64,000 bases of DNA from Antedon mediterranea (lineage: Eukaryota; Animalia; Echinodermata). Every line of letters starts with the position of its first letter. Positions within the stretch are counted from its first letter, which is position 1. The notes under the pieces are model-generated. The model had not been told where the DNA came from, searched no databases, and saw nothing but the letters and a program-made list of their open reading frames with translations. The stretch is from positions 2,192,101-2,256,100 of the forward strand of contig NC_092677.1 of the NCBI RefSeq assembly GCF_964355755.1, read 5' to 3'. Positions 46,101 to 60,168 of this stretch are shown piece after piece. The position numbers and the translations under genes are program-made.

Positions 46101-49100
46101 ATGTCGGGTGTTTTATTTGAAGATATTTTCGATGTAAAAGATATTGATCCAGATGGTGTTAAATTTGACAGAGGTAAGCTGAAGATTCTCTTTTTTAGAC
46201 ATAAATGGCAGTGAAAAAAGTATTCCAAACAAAGGACACTTCATAAACATGCCCAGACATGCTGAATTCATGGGGGCCGCCATGTTTACGCCTATTGAGT
46301 GGAATGGTGATTTCGCTGTGGTGAGCATTGCGAATTGCGGTATGTGGGCCTAGCCTAGTGGCCTAGCTTATTGTAAGGCTTAATATCCTAGCATTTTAAA
46401 TAATATTGTGTTGTATGACTAAACTAAATTATGTTTAAAGACCTTGACTACATGAACAATGTTTTTTTTATGTATTTAATTTATACATGAAGTGATGTTT
46501 GATTATTGGATTGCTGGTGAGTGGTGGCAGTGCAGTGAATAGTTAGTGAAATAAAAAAGCTGGGCCTAGGCCTACTTATTTAGGCCATGGGCCTATTTAG
46601 TATGAAAAAAATAAAAGGCTAGTTTCTCTACTCAAAATCAAAGCCAGCCTGAAACTGTGCAGAGGATCAGAGCCAACCCTTCCAAAACAACCAGCAACCA
46701 TTGCACACTGGTTTTTAAAAATTCATTTAATTTATATTTGAAGTTAAGCAAAAACATTGAAAAAAAAAAGCAAAATTATTAAATCAGGCCCGATAAAAAA
46801 GATATATTTTATTATTTCAGATGTTCCAACCCTCTTCCGAATATTAATAAAATTTCCCAAAATGTATATTTTTATTTATTAATACTGATTTAAACGTGTC
46901 AAATCAATGTGAAATCCAGAAATTGTTAACTTTGTGGTTGGAACGTCTGATTTCATTACATAGCGGAGAAATGCGAAAATAAAAAACTACCAAAAATCAA
47001 GATGACCAAACAATTGTTAATAAATAATAATATAATAATAATAATAATATTTAATAATATAAAGGTTCTTTTATATCTTTGTATTGCCCCTCGGTAAATG
47101 AATAAGTTGTCGTCATGATTGTTATACCTCCTGTTTTAATTTATGTTGTGGCTAAATATACGTTATTATCGTATCCATACTTCTAAAAACTAAAGGTACG
47201 GTAATTATAGAGGGTGCTATGTAAGACAGATGTTAATCAAATAGGTTTGCAATGGTCTTCAGCAAGCCAGCTGGGTTGCTTAGTGGGCTTGTAATGAGGC
47301 TCTGGCTTAAGGGTTTGGAGGTTCAATTCTCTACTTGACGTCTTTTTTTTTTTTCAGTTTTTAATTTACAAGAGATTATTTAGAGTGTTAGGTTTTTAAT
47401 AATTTAGGAATGAGTTTTATATTTATGAACGATTTTTATATTTAGGTACAATTTATAATTACCGTACCTTTAGTTTTTAGAAGTAGGCCTATGGATACGG
47501 TACCCGGGTACCGTATCTTTAGCCACGGCGTTTAATTTCCACTATTATTATTCCTTTTGTTATAGTTTTTTCAGTTTGTTAACTATGGATATTAAATATT
47601 TTAAATATATTACTATTTACATTTCAACAATATATGTTCACACAAGATAGATAACTAATTGTTCATACTGGAATTAACCTTATTGCTTTGCATGTGATGT
47701 AATATCTAAAAATAGAAAATGACATCATTGAATTCAACCCAGCCCACATTGTCTATGATCACAATCTTTGTGATTTGTGATTGGCTACTTTGTTGCTGTC
47801 TGGATTTCTAGCTTCTTTATTGGTCTATGTTGTCTGCAACATTTGATTGGCTGCACCAATTTATGAATCTATCAATTTAGTGAGTGGTTTTTTTGTTGTC
47901 ATGATGTCATCATGATTGCATGTGATGCCTTCCTTGTGATAATAGCATTTCTGTTTAAATATGTTTTTAAAAAAACAGCACTGGGCATACCAAGATTAGA
48001 AAATATAACTTTACTGAAAATCATTTAATTTACAAACTCCGAAAAAAATGTGAATTATTTTTATATTTCATAAATCAAACTTTGGTGGTTGATTTATTTT
48101 AAATGTATACTTATATTATATACTGTATCATCAATGTATCATGAAGTTTAATAATTAAAATAAATAATGATAAAAAATAATGGCACAGCCCACCCACCAT
48201 AATGATCTTATTTGTCTTTTTTGTCACCTGTCATGACGGTGAAGAAAATGTATACAGCAATTCAGTTTGCTTCCGTCACAGGTTTTTGTCTTGATGAAAT
48301 AAATAAAATGAAAAAAAAAATTCAGCATTTTCTTAAATCATTCTACATATTGTACTATTACAGTATTTAATTGTGATTTGATGAATAATTGTATTTTTAT
48401 TTGAAATTTGTATACTCTGACTGTGGGCTGAATTTGATCAGCAGGTCCCCTATAACTGCTGTAACATCAATAGGGCTAAATTGTATTTTAAGTATGATTG
48501 CTTAAAAGTTAAACCATTATGCGATTGTTTCATTTTAATACAAGGAAGTAAAAACATATTTACTATTTTGCGTTTTCAGTTTGCTTTGTCGTCGTCGATT
48601 GCTGATAGAAAGCGTAGTTTAGTTTTGTTTCTAGTTTCTTATTGTTTACTTCATTACAGTTTAATGCATAAGTACTTTACATATTAAATATTAATATTAT
48701 AGCTAGCTTAGTTCCTGGTATTTTTTTTCAAATATTACGAGAAGGAAGTAATTACAGGTCATTTTACAAAATCTTTCTTTGTTTTAATTTGGAAATGTTC
48801 ATGTTTTTTATCTTCCTTGTTTGTGAATCCTTTGCTATAAAAGATTAATATTATTTAAAAATAATGTCTATTTATTTAGGGATCATGTCTAAGTATTTAC
48901 TGCAGTAAGTAATAGTACATATGTCTTTACTGCAGTAACTAATAATAGTACATATGTCTTTACTACAGTAACTAATAGTACACATGTCTTTACTACAGTA
49001 ACTAATAGTACATATGTCTTTACTGCAGTAACTAATCGTACATATGTCTTTACTGCAGTAACTAATAGTACATATGTCTTTACTACAGTAACTAATAGTA

Positions 49101-52100
49101 CATATGTCTTTACTACAGTAACTAATAGTACATATGTCTTTACTGCAGTAACTAATAGTACATATGTCTTTACTGCAGTAACTAATAGTACATATGTCTT
49201 TACTGCAGTAACTAATAGTACATATGTCTTTACTGCAGTAACTAATAGTACATATGTCTTTACTGCAGTAACTAATAGTACATATGTCTTTACTGCAGTA
49301 ACTAATAGTACATATGTCTTTACTGCAGTAACTAATAGTACATATGTCTTTTGCATGAAAATGTATGAGGTATTGATAAATTGGGATTACTCACAAACGA
49401 GCTTGCTAAATAATTGCATGCAGGTTTTAAGAGTAAATAAAGAAAGAAAATAACGTTACTGCAGTAACTGCAGTAGAAGAATAATTTGACATGGTCCTTG
49501 ACTTCAATGTATTTCCTAAATAATTCACTATCTAAAGGTCTCAAAATGTCTACATATCAAACTAGTTTTACAAAAAAAAAGTGTGATGTGGCCAAATATG
49601 GTAGTGATATACCCAAATATGGTAGTGATATGATATCATCATGTCCATATATGGGCACATCACATTTTTTGTCACAAAGTTTCATAGTGTAAACAGAGCT
49701 TTAGTCTTTAGAACTTATAGTACTCTGCAGATTATGTACTGTATATTGAATCCACAAGATTTATGAAATATGATATGATATTTAAATTAAAATGTTGACA
49801 TCACTATTTATAATATCAGATTGAAGATCAAATTTCAAATTAGATAAATTATTTACATACATAAATATATGACCTCAATGTACTTTATAGGCAAACTATG
49901 CATTTATAAACATGCTAACATCAATTTATTACATAGGCCTACCATGGAGTAATCTTTACTCCATGGTAGGCCTACAGAAAGATTAAACAGTATCTCCAAG
50001 GAAAATGTGGAAGATTTCAAATAATATTCAAAGGCTAAAAAGGATGGTAATTCAGATGAAATATTAATTAGAAAAATCTAAAATAGAAACATTATAAAAA
50101 CAGAAGTATTCAATTTAAACAATTCATGATGAACAATAACAAAAAAATACAAAGAGATATTCTCATTGTAAAATGAAACAAAGGAAATAGAAACTGAGAA
50201 TTAAACATCACAAACAACACCAAGCTGGAGGATCTAAACTTAACATTTTGTGTACAAAAAATGACCCTGGTGCAACTAATTGACCAATAGGAGAGGTTTT
50301 TCTAGGGCTGTACTCTGACAAGGTTATATTCTCACTCCACCTGAGGTGGTATAATTTAGAAGATTGTTTACCCTCTTGAGATACCATGTGAAAACAACTG
50401 ACCAATAGGGACTCTTTGTTTGATACTTGTCAAGACATGTTTGGTAGTACAGTACTAGTGACAGGGTGGGTAGCATTAACACATGTTGTGTGTGTGTATG
50501 TGTGTGTAGTGGAACAGAGTGACATTACAAGAGTGTGTGTAGTGCCAGATTCATTCTAAACATATTGGTTTCTTTTCTGAATTTGAAAGAAAGTCAATAT
50601 TAAAAATGGTAAGTTTTTATAGAGTTAGTTTAAGTTGATTCTTTTCAAAGTAGACCATTCATTGCAATACATTACAAGAAGTGGAAAAGACAATTATAAA
50701 CTGTGTTGCATCATGATGTACTGTATGTCTAAAATTAAACTCGCATTTAATATGTTTTGTATACAGTCTTCAATTATTTAATTCAGAGGGTGCTTCAAAG
50801 TTACCCACATTGGTTAAAAAAGATTTACTAGTGACAAGGAATAATATAAGTAAGCAACTCTTTGGTTGGTTGGGTGAGAGGTACAAGTAGGAGTGTTTGA
50901 TTTACGCCACTTTCACTAAAAATATTTGCTATTTTTGCAATTTTAATGATATTCTTTTTGGGTAATAAAATAAAATAAATTCATTGCTGTGATCACTCAT
51001 TTATGTCATTATCAATATGTACTTATGTACATTATGAGTAATAATTTACCTTTTTAATTGTTTTATAAGGTTTTTATTTGCTTTGTTTTTAGTTTCGCGT
51101 TTGTTCTGCGAAAGTGAAAGTTTTAAAATGGATCTTATTCTGGATGTGAACACGCAACTTTATCCAGTTGAGTTTGGTAAGTTTACAATTTGCATAATCA
51201 CATGACCAATGTTACTGTTTTTAATAAATTGTTGTTCAGCAAAAGTGCCCTTTTCTCCGTACCTTCCCTTACCCCCTTAATAGGGGTTGGTCGCAGTTTT
51301 AAACATACATCGGCCCTTTCACAGGACAGTGTCCCCTAACAGAGGTATCCCCTTAATAGAGGTATCCCCTTAATAGAGGTATTCCCTTAATAGGGGGACC
51401 ATAATAGACGTGTCCACTTAATAAGGGTTCGGTGTCCACCGAAACATATAAATGTACCAGAAACATATAAATGTACTATACAATATTAGCTGATTTTTTT
51501 CATTTATCTGAATAGCATCCTTATTATTTATATAGTTAGTGGTTACTGATGTTTGAGGAAATGTTTAATTTTAGACTTTGTACGCTTTTAAAGAAAAGAA
51601 ATATTTCTACCACCGCTAGTACTCCAGTACTTCTGCTTTCAGTTCTTCTACAGGCGCAATCTAAACACACATCGCATTTTTAATTACGAGAAGAATTAAA
51701 TATTCACAGCTTCAGAGACAAAGACAATTTTAAACTGTTGGTTTGAAAAGAAAGTTGTTAAAGTTAGTTTTTATTTGAGTAGTAAACGATACTACAACGT
51801 AGCATGCGTACTGAAACTAGCTATTGGCTTTGTTAGATCCAAAACTGAGAGTTTTTTTGTCGTGATAAAATAGAGAACAGGTTTGTTTTAGTGGTTGTTC
51901 TCAGGATGACTCTGAAGCAGTCACTTCTTCTTCAGCCTCTCTGTATCCTCCAAGTAAATTCTTTTTAACATGTTCTATGATGCCATTCACGCTACACTCT
52001 AGCTTTGTCTCTTTTTCGAGTTTTTTTCTAAATATTTGTATGATGATGTGCGTCACTTAGCACCGGCAGCAGTTTCTAATACTTTAGTTCAATCACAATC

Positions 52101-55100
52101 ACAGTAACGGTAGGTTTTTAAAAATAACTTTAAAAAATTTTGTATAAACTGTATTTTAAGCACTTTTAATGGAGAAATAGTCAACCAGAAATAGTCAACC
52201 AGAAACAAATACAGGTTTTTGATTTAATTTGATACAGTTTATTTTGTCTTTTTTAAAACAAAATCATTGTAAAATAACTTTTATTAACTAAAAAAGTTTG
52301 GTAAGTTTGTCGGTGGCCCTGAAAACTCTTAGTGTTAGAGCAAGCTTTTTTTTGTCTCCGTTCATCCCCATTTAATCAGGATGTATAGAGCAATAAGATC
52401 ACCAATCAGTAGACTACGTGTATCATTCAATACCAGGAATACAACATCTGCTATGTATACTTATAGCTTCTGCCATTTATTATTTTAACAGATATAATCT
52501 ATACTTAACCATACTATATCCTGTTTTGTATTTCAGGCGATAAATTTCGTTTGGTCTTGGCCACCACATTAAGAGAAGATGGCTACCCAGACGATGGGGA
52601 GTACGCCCCTATTGATGATGGCACACCGACGAGGGCGGAGAGTTTTGAGTATGTGATGTACGGAAGAGTGTACAGGATAGAGGGCGACGAGAATACTACA
52701 GAATCGGCAACAAAACTGTAAGTAGATTTTCATATTACTCCAGATTGGCAAAGTTTAATTAATATATCATACTTGAGTATATATACCTAGACTTAGTAGT
52801 CCGACCTTATTTAATTGGAATTGCTGTCAAACATCCTATCACATCAACCCTGGATGTTTCTTCCCTTGACCAACAAAATATGTCAAGAACTGTACAAGAC
52901 AATATGACTATCAAGCCTTGCTATACAGAGAACTTTATTTAGTCTGGCTCTATAATTAACACTCTTTAATACATCAAACAGGGTCTGAATATAGTCCCAT
53001 TGTCAATATTTGTGAACACTACATACAATCCCACCCTCTAATTTACGCTTTAAAATATCATACTTTAAATAGAGAAAATCTAAATTTAAAAAGTCGCAGA
53101 ATGCTTTTTTTTTATTCTCAAACTAATTATAATTACTAATCATATGTTATTGCAGTTTTAAAAATGTAGTTACTGCAGTAACTGTACTGCTGTAACTGCA
53201 GTAGGATAATTCTGACATGATCTCTTATCAACACCATCAATGATATAACAAGAGCAATAATTGATACTTCATTCCCAGATGTTTCTGATTAACAAAACAG
53301 ATTTCTTATCTCATCACACGCATAATAGTTTCCTTCTTAGATTCTAAAATAATTTTTATCGGTATTTCCTTATTCATATCGTGCTAACACCACCACTTTG
53401 TCAGTTATTTTATCATCATAAAAGTCAGCAATATTTCCTGAAAATATTAAAACAAACATTTTATTCGTTACTGTACATTGTTTTATTTAAGTAAATCTTG
53501 CTTAAACCTGTCTTAAATTACCACCCCGCCTTTTTAAAAATCGTGGTGGGCTAGGCTACTCACACCAGACACACCATGCACACACCCATTAGGATGTGGG
53601 TTAGGCTACTCGGACCAGACACACGCCCGTTATGATGTGGGCTAGGCTACCCACACCAGACACACATGTACACACCCATACTTGACACGTAATCAGGTGT
53701 ACTGGATCGTGACTTGCGTTTGCTGACTTCTTTTTTGGCTTCAAAAGAAAACCGAAGAAAATATGTCTTCCATTCCGTGCCAACATTTGTTTTCAAAATT
53801 TGTTTTGATATTTGAATACATCTGCTGGTTACTGATTGGTAGTCATAATCGCAACCAAATAGGACGCTGTTTTGTTCATTTTTTATGTTCCTGGTCAAGT
53901 CTGACGTTTTAAAATGATTGTTTTCATTGTTCAACCTTGGCAAGTGTTTGAGAAAACCATTCATTTACCAATTTTTAAATCTGATCATGATCATGAATTT
54001 TATAAATGTATTTTTCAAAACATCATGATTTCTCTTCTTTAATTAAAAGTTAGATTACAATGTATTACTTGTATTCTATCATTAAATTACCTTGTAAAAT
54101 CAATATATTAAATAAAATTGAATTAGACTACTATAATTCACGCCCACCCATACACCCACCAAAATATAATTTTACACAATGTAATTCATCGAGTCGGCAT
54201 ATTATTAGTTTTTTTATTACTGTGGAATTTACCTAAACCTTATTTGGGTAGTAATATAGCTATCATAGTCTAATTATACCGCACCTGGGTGTTTTCCCAA
54301 ATGGCAAAGTTCCAGAATATTCTACTATACGTCACGAGGTGTACTGTGATGTCGTTGTCGTCCCGATAATAAGGAAACAACGGGTCATCATTTTACAGTT
54401 AGCATGATCAATCATTGACGTTGGTTATATTGAAAATGCCCCATAGGTTTGACCATAGAGTTTAGTAGCAACTGGTCAGCAAAGTGAATGGTCCTCTAGT
54501 AAGTGGTTTTATGTTATTCTTTTAAAATGCCCCCTAGGTTTGACCATAGAGTTTAGTAGCAACTGGTCAGCAGAATGAATGGTCCTCTAGTCAGTAGTTT
54601 TATGTTATCCTTTAAATTCCTAGGTTTGACCATAGAGTTTAGTCAAAACTGGTCAGCAGAGTGAATGATCCTCTAGAGAGTGGTCTTATTATATTGTTCA
54701 CCAACTTTCACTTATAATTAATTAAAGGAGCTAGTTACTAGCTAACAGATCCTTTAGGTGTTTTAATAATTTGTTTAGTAGTATTAGATTTGAATTGTTC
54801 TTTTGCCCCATGATCTGAGTAAAGTTCTTTACTCTTTCAAGTTTTCTAATCTCTTACCATTTGTATGTATTAATGTTATTGATTATATTTTCTATTAAAT
54901 AATTCAACAATATGTTGACAGTGTTTTGTTACATACATGTAAGTGTAATTTGTACCTTAGTAGGTAATGATTATGATGAGGCTTGTTTTTGTTAAAGAAA
55001 ATTTAAAAACTATGAACACTTAATCGGCCATTAATCCACGAAAAATTGAAACTTCATTTGATATCTGTGATAATAAATTATAACAGTAATAATAACAATA

Positions 55101-58100
55101 ATAATAATAATAATAATGTCTAGGGTAACTTTTGTATAGATATTTTGTACTTTTTAATCTTCACGTTGTTTTTAATGTTGTAATTTTGTATTTTATTGTT
55201 GATTGATTTTGTTTTGCTGGAGACCCACTTGATAGTTTGATTTAGTTCACTTTTGGGAATCCTGTCTCTCTCTTTTGTTTGTTATTTTTTGTTATAATTA
55301 TGTGAGACGAAATAAATGAAATGAAATGAAATGAAACAGTCTACCAGTTGTTGTGGATAGGATTCCACTTAAAAGGCCAAGTTAAACAAAAATTATTATT
55401 ACTATTATTAATGAATTTGCTGTCACGCCCTTTAATTAGAATAAGAGGCATTTTGTTGGTTGTTTTAGGTTGAAAGTAAAACAATGTGGAATTAATCCGC
55501 TAGATCTGCTACACCAGACACTAGTTAGTACTACAAGCTTATTTTATTGCTATATAAAATCTTTCATAAACTATTTATTTAAATATGCTGATAACTGATA
55601 ATTAATTTTAAAATGAAAGTATGGAAATAGAAGTATTTATTACTATGAATAAATATTGTTTATTGTTCACTGTAGAACGGCCGATTTAGCAACAAGGCCC
55701 TTCGATTGCATCAGCATTCTAAAAATAATACCTGGGGAAATTTTAAGTCAATAAATAGGCTTCAAATTTTCCAGCAATCCTTGAATGATGTAACAACAAA
55801 GAAGCTACCGGATGTTGGTGTATAAAACAACAATTGGGCGTTGTTCTCTGTCATCCAATCATATGATTAAAAGTATTGCGAAATTTAATTACTATTTTCT
55901 AACAATTGGGAAATCCAGATTTAGTAGGTGGAAAGTCCATAATTTATTATAAGTATAATAATAGGAACGTTTGGAATTTGTATCATTATGTCAATAAGTC
56001 TTATAGTACATGTTTGTACTTATTGCGCTATTCAAGTTTTAGCTGTCACTGGGACATGTTGCTTAGCGGCAGGTGACAATTATTGTTCATCGTTGTAAGT
56101 GCAAAAAGTTTTAAACTTTGAATTATTTTTCCGATTTATCTGGATTTTTTTCGCATATAGCATTTTCTCGATAAAGTTGATTTTCATTTTTTAAATTATA
56201 GAGTTCTACAATATTGGAATGTTTATTGTTGTGTTTCTTACATTGATGTCGATGCAGCAGCTGCTTCTATTATGGAGAAATTATTTTCTGACTACAATCA
56301 TTTGCATTTCTACATCCTAAGAGATTATTTTAAATTAACACGTCTTCCGTTTTTACATAAAGTTTTAAGAATAATCGATAGTGTAGGAGTTTAATATTAT
56401 TTCAAACAGGCCGTCTATGCATTGATATATCGTATGACCCCAGCCTAGACTCGTCAACGTCCATTCTTGATCATGTGATGTCTTGGTGACTCATCGCTCG
56501 TGGATAAATTATTTTTTAGAACGGTTTTGTTGGATTTAGAGTTCAACGATAGTCCACATCGAGCTCTTTATTTCGTTTTTTAAGGATTAAAAAAGAGACA
56601 AACCTTAATACTATTGTCATCTTGACTATATAATTATTCAATATTGTGCGTTTTACTAAGAATCTATCGAGCGTAAATACAGTACCTATGTTAGTCATCA
56701 TAGGTTTTAACCAGATGATTAATGTAATCACACAATGCGTAGCTTGTTATGTAATGAGGTGAGCTATGCATTACAGTGATAATATTTAGTAGGGCTGCCA
56801 TACAGTTGTGTTTGGAAATTCTATTTTTTTCAATAATTGTCTAAATTTATCTCCTGAGTGACCATGTCAAAATTGTTCTACTGCAGTAACTACAATTTGT
56901 TTACTCATTAACATGTTACTTCAATTATTTATTTAAAAGTTTCTTTTTGGTAATCATACATACTGTAATAGGAATAAAGTAGTATACTAATTGTAATGAA
57001 ATTATACATTATTGCAGTAAAATATGTAGCTACTGCAGTAACTGCAGTAGAATGATATTGATATTCAGTAACATTTTGAAAAGAAATAATAAAAACTTAT
57101 TCAGAAAAGCCAAAATCAATTTAGATCATTCTATTACAATAATTATTGATTAGCATTTTATAGATGTTTCTGGAAGCTAAATTGATGACCTCATCTCTAA
57201 AAATAGAATATGAGTCATGCTGTTGTGGACCAGTAGCAGGCTAATGTTTACTACATGTTCAGACTTGCCTGTATTGGATGACTAATAATTTGAGGATTGA
57301 CAAAAACATCCTTGAATGTTCATTTGATTTTTACTGTCGTGTGGATAGCAAGCAGAATATTTTTTCGACAATCCTGGATTCTATGAATTGTTAGGTTCTG
57401 ATTTTTTGCGACTGATTTTATCGACGTCCGATCTGGAGGTATTGATTAGGAGTTTTACAAATATTTATTGAGAGATTGTTTCAGATAAAATTTCTAGGAA
57501 TTGTAAATAATTAAAGTTGAATATTAATATTATTAGTTGGCAGGATATGATTATTTTTATTACCAATTGTTGATCTAGACTTTTTTTTTTACTCGATGGT
57601 GGAATTTATAACGTGTTATAAATGAATTAACTTGTCAGCTAATCTTAGTCTTAGTCTTGCGTAACTGAATTATTATTTGATGGTTTACTGTTTGTCAGAT
57701 TCTTTATTAACTTATTACAGTATTGTACGTTAGTAGTAGTATTATTTTATTTTAGGCCTAATAATATAGTTTTTCCAGATGAGCACAGCAGTGTTTGCCT
57801 TTTATCTTCTAGTTTTTGGGGGGTTTTTTTTCTCTCTTTTTCTATGGATATATTATGTCACCATGGTATTCCGAAATGAAAAGATGAATGGATGAAATTA
57901 CATTACATCCAGGCGCCCTATGAATGTTTTAATTTATTTAAGTATTATACTTTAATAGTAGTATTATTATTTATTTTAGGCCTAATAATATAGTTTTCCC
58001 GGATGAGCAGCGTTTGCCTTTTATCTTTAAGTTTTATTACTTTGTAAATGATTACAGTACTGTATGTTGATTTTTCACAGAATTGCTTTGATTATATTCT

Positions 58101-60168
58101 TACAAGGCCTACAATAGTACAAAGTAGCTTTTATGATGTACATTCATTTTTATTTGTGATTGTGATTTCAAACTAGTTTGTACAGGTTTAGTGATTTGAT
58201 ATCTGGTGAAAAGCTTGTCCAGACTTGTGGTGGTTGTAATTACATCTGTCTCATGCTGTCAGCCTCTTGTTTCCATTTAAGTAGTCTCCTTAGAGTCTAA
58301 TCAACCTATCTAGTTTAAAAGGTTTTAACTTCAAAGAGAATTTTAAAACTGTGTTTATCATAATGTGAGCTCTTTTGTAATACTGTTATTTTACTGGTTT
58401 TCCATTAGTTGAGATTATTATATGATTTTTTTGTTAAATAATAATAATAATTTAGGAACAAACTTTATATATTTTTATCATAGAAAATCAACTTTATTAT
58501 TTAAGTTTGTCTTAAGTCGATACCTTTTCTTCATTTTGTTTAATTCACTGTCATCTATTTTCCCTTAATGTTCAGTGTCTGTAACCCGAACGTGATGGGA
58601 TCCTTTTTATTTTTTAAAAAGGATCAAATACATTTACCCATGGAGTAACTCCATGATTTACCATAATTAGAAGAACAATAAAAAGATTCACCTCACCAAC
58701 TTCTGTGATGCCAAAGGTCAGATTAGATGAGGATGAGCTAGGAAGCAAGGAAAGCAGGGAAACGGCATACTAAGATGTGAACTGACGTTGGCTGTTGAGG
58801 CAGTGTGGTTAGCTGGTGTGTGTAAGACAGTAGTCACACCGACTGACTGCCTTGCCATAACAGCTGATTATCTGCAGCTTTTCAACTGCCATTATCAACA
58901 AAGTCTGCGATTGCCAACAAGTGACGGAATCTTGAGAGGAACCATTAGCTGGACGAAACGTCTTGAACCTCAATTTGACAACATTTATTAATTCCAATAC
59001 TAGACGATACATGGCAAGTTTGAGGTTGCTGCTGGCTTGAGTAGCCCCACCCTAACCCCCCACAACCCAACCCCCAAAAGTGGACCGAAACATATTCTTG
59101 TGGCGAAACAATCCTGAATCATTGTACAGTACACTAAAGTCCCAAAGAAAATCAAATCAAATACGTAAATATTTATCTTTCATTTAAAATTTAATTTAAT
59201 TTCTTATACTGTACTACTTTATTTTTTCCCACATGGTTAACGTGTACAGTATACACAATTAGCAAGTGAAAGAGTGAAGAAAATAAATATAAATATATTG
59301 GGGGTTTACACGTTTTTAACAACTTTTATCATTAGGCTGAGTTAGCTACAGTAACTTCAATCTTCAAAATAAATTATTACAACACTACAGGTTATGACAT
59401 CAATGATTAACATAGGTTTATATTAACTGCTTATTAAAGCAAAACCTTTTTAGCGTGACCATCATTTCAAACTCATTTTCATTTAAAAGTTCATACAAGG
59501 ACAACAATAAATTTAGCTCTCTCTAGCATATTATTATGTTAAAGATGTTAAACATGAGCTAAAATTAAACTTGACTGATGAGATTAATACATACAATTAC
59601 ATTCGTCAACTAACATCATATTGAACATGGCAGAATACAGAGTGGTGGTCATCTTCTATAAAACAAGACCAGTTTTTAATGCGCCCTTGTCTTTCCATAG
59701 TTATTTAAATTGCACACGTTTTTGCTCATTTTGGCCTGTACCCATCTTCCTTATCAGCTGCAAAGAGATCAATATACCAAGTTCTTTAAGCTCTGCCTAC
59801 ACTATAAAACTAGTTTGACAAAAAAAGTGAGATTTGCTCAAATATGACCGTTAAATATCCAAATATGGTAGTGATATGACATCATCATGTCCATATATGG
59901 GTGCATCACACTTTTTGTCACATAATGTTTGATAGTTTGATGTTTCCATTGAATAAACAATGACAATAATTGATTGACAGATTAAAATACCTGTACAACC
60001 TTTTAATATGATAATAATATTAATTGTATGCAAATGATTGTATATTTCAGGTCAGCTTACATTTCTTATGGTGGACTGTTGATGAGGCTACAAGGCGACG
60101 CTAACAACTTGCATGGAGTAGAACAAGATATGCATGTTTACCTCCTAATGAAAAAACTTGCGTTTTAA
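46101..60168 (+). CDS. POLR2H: DNA-directed RNA polymerases I, II, III subunit RPABC3 (RPB8), 151 aa, 4 exons
   Basis: Exons 46101-46173, 51093-51176, 52537-52717, 60051-60168. Translation [27 protein letters not shown]...[10 protein letters not shown]...[22 protein letters not shown]...LLMKKLAF. Confidence 0.98.
47148..47526. mobile_element. MITE with about 65-bp inverted arms and a tRNA-like core
   Basis: Arms share CTTCTAAAAACTAAAGGTACGGTAATTATA. Internal A-box-like TTGCTTAGTGG and B-box-like GGTTCAATTC. Confidence 0.7.
48897..49350. repeat. 30-bp minisatellite, about 15 copies, inside a family D MITE (48877-49498)
   Basis: Unit TACTGCAGTAACTAATAGTACATATGTCTT; flanked by GGGATCATGTC...GACATGGTCC. 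Confidence 0.95.
49545..49700. mobile_element. MITE family A
   Basis: Family TIRs, diverged. Confidence 0.75.
54437..54690. repeat. About 90-bp tandem repeat, 3 copies
   Basis: TAGGTTTGACCATAGAGTTTAGT at about 54445, 54535 and 54621. Confidence 0.85.
55140..55336 (+). mobile_element. LINE-like 3' UTR remnant
   Basis: T-rich stretch ending AATAAA(TGAAA)4. Confidence 0.5.
59789..59940. mobile_element. MITE family A
   Basis: Family TIR and internal core. Confidence 0.75.

Noticed and set aside
47265-47340. Functional tRNA gene
   Set aside because: A/B-box-like motifs are present but no convincing cloverleaf; more likely SINE-derived.
48889-49356. 155-aa ORF ([10 protein letters not shown])n
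   Set aside because: Translation of a 30-bp minisatellite inside a MITE.
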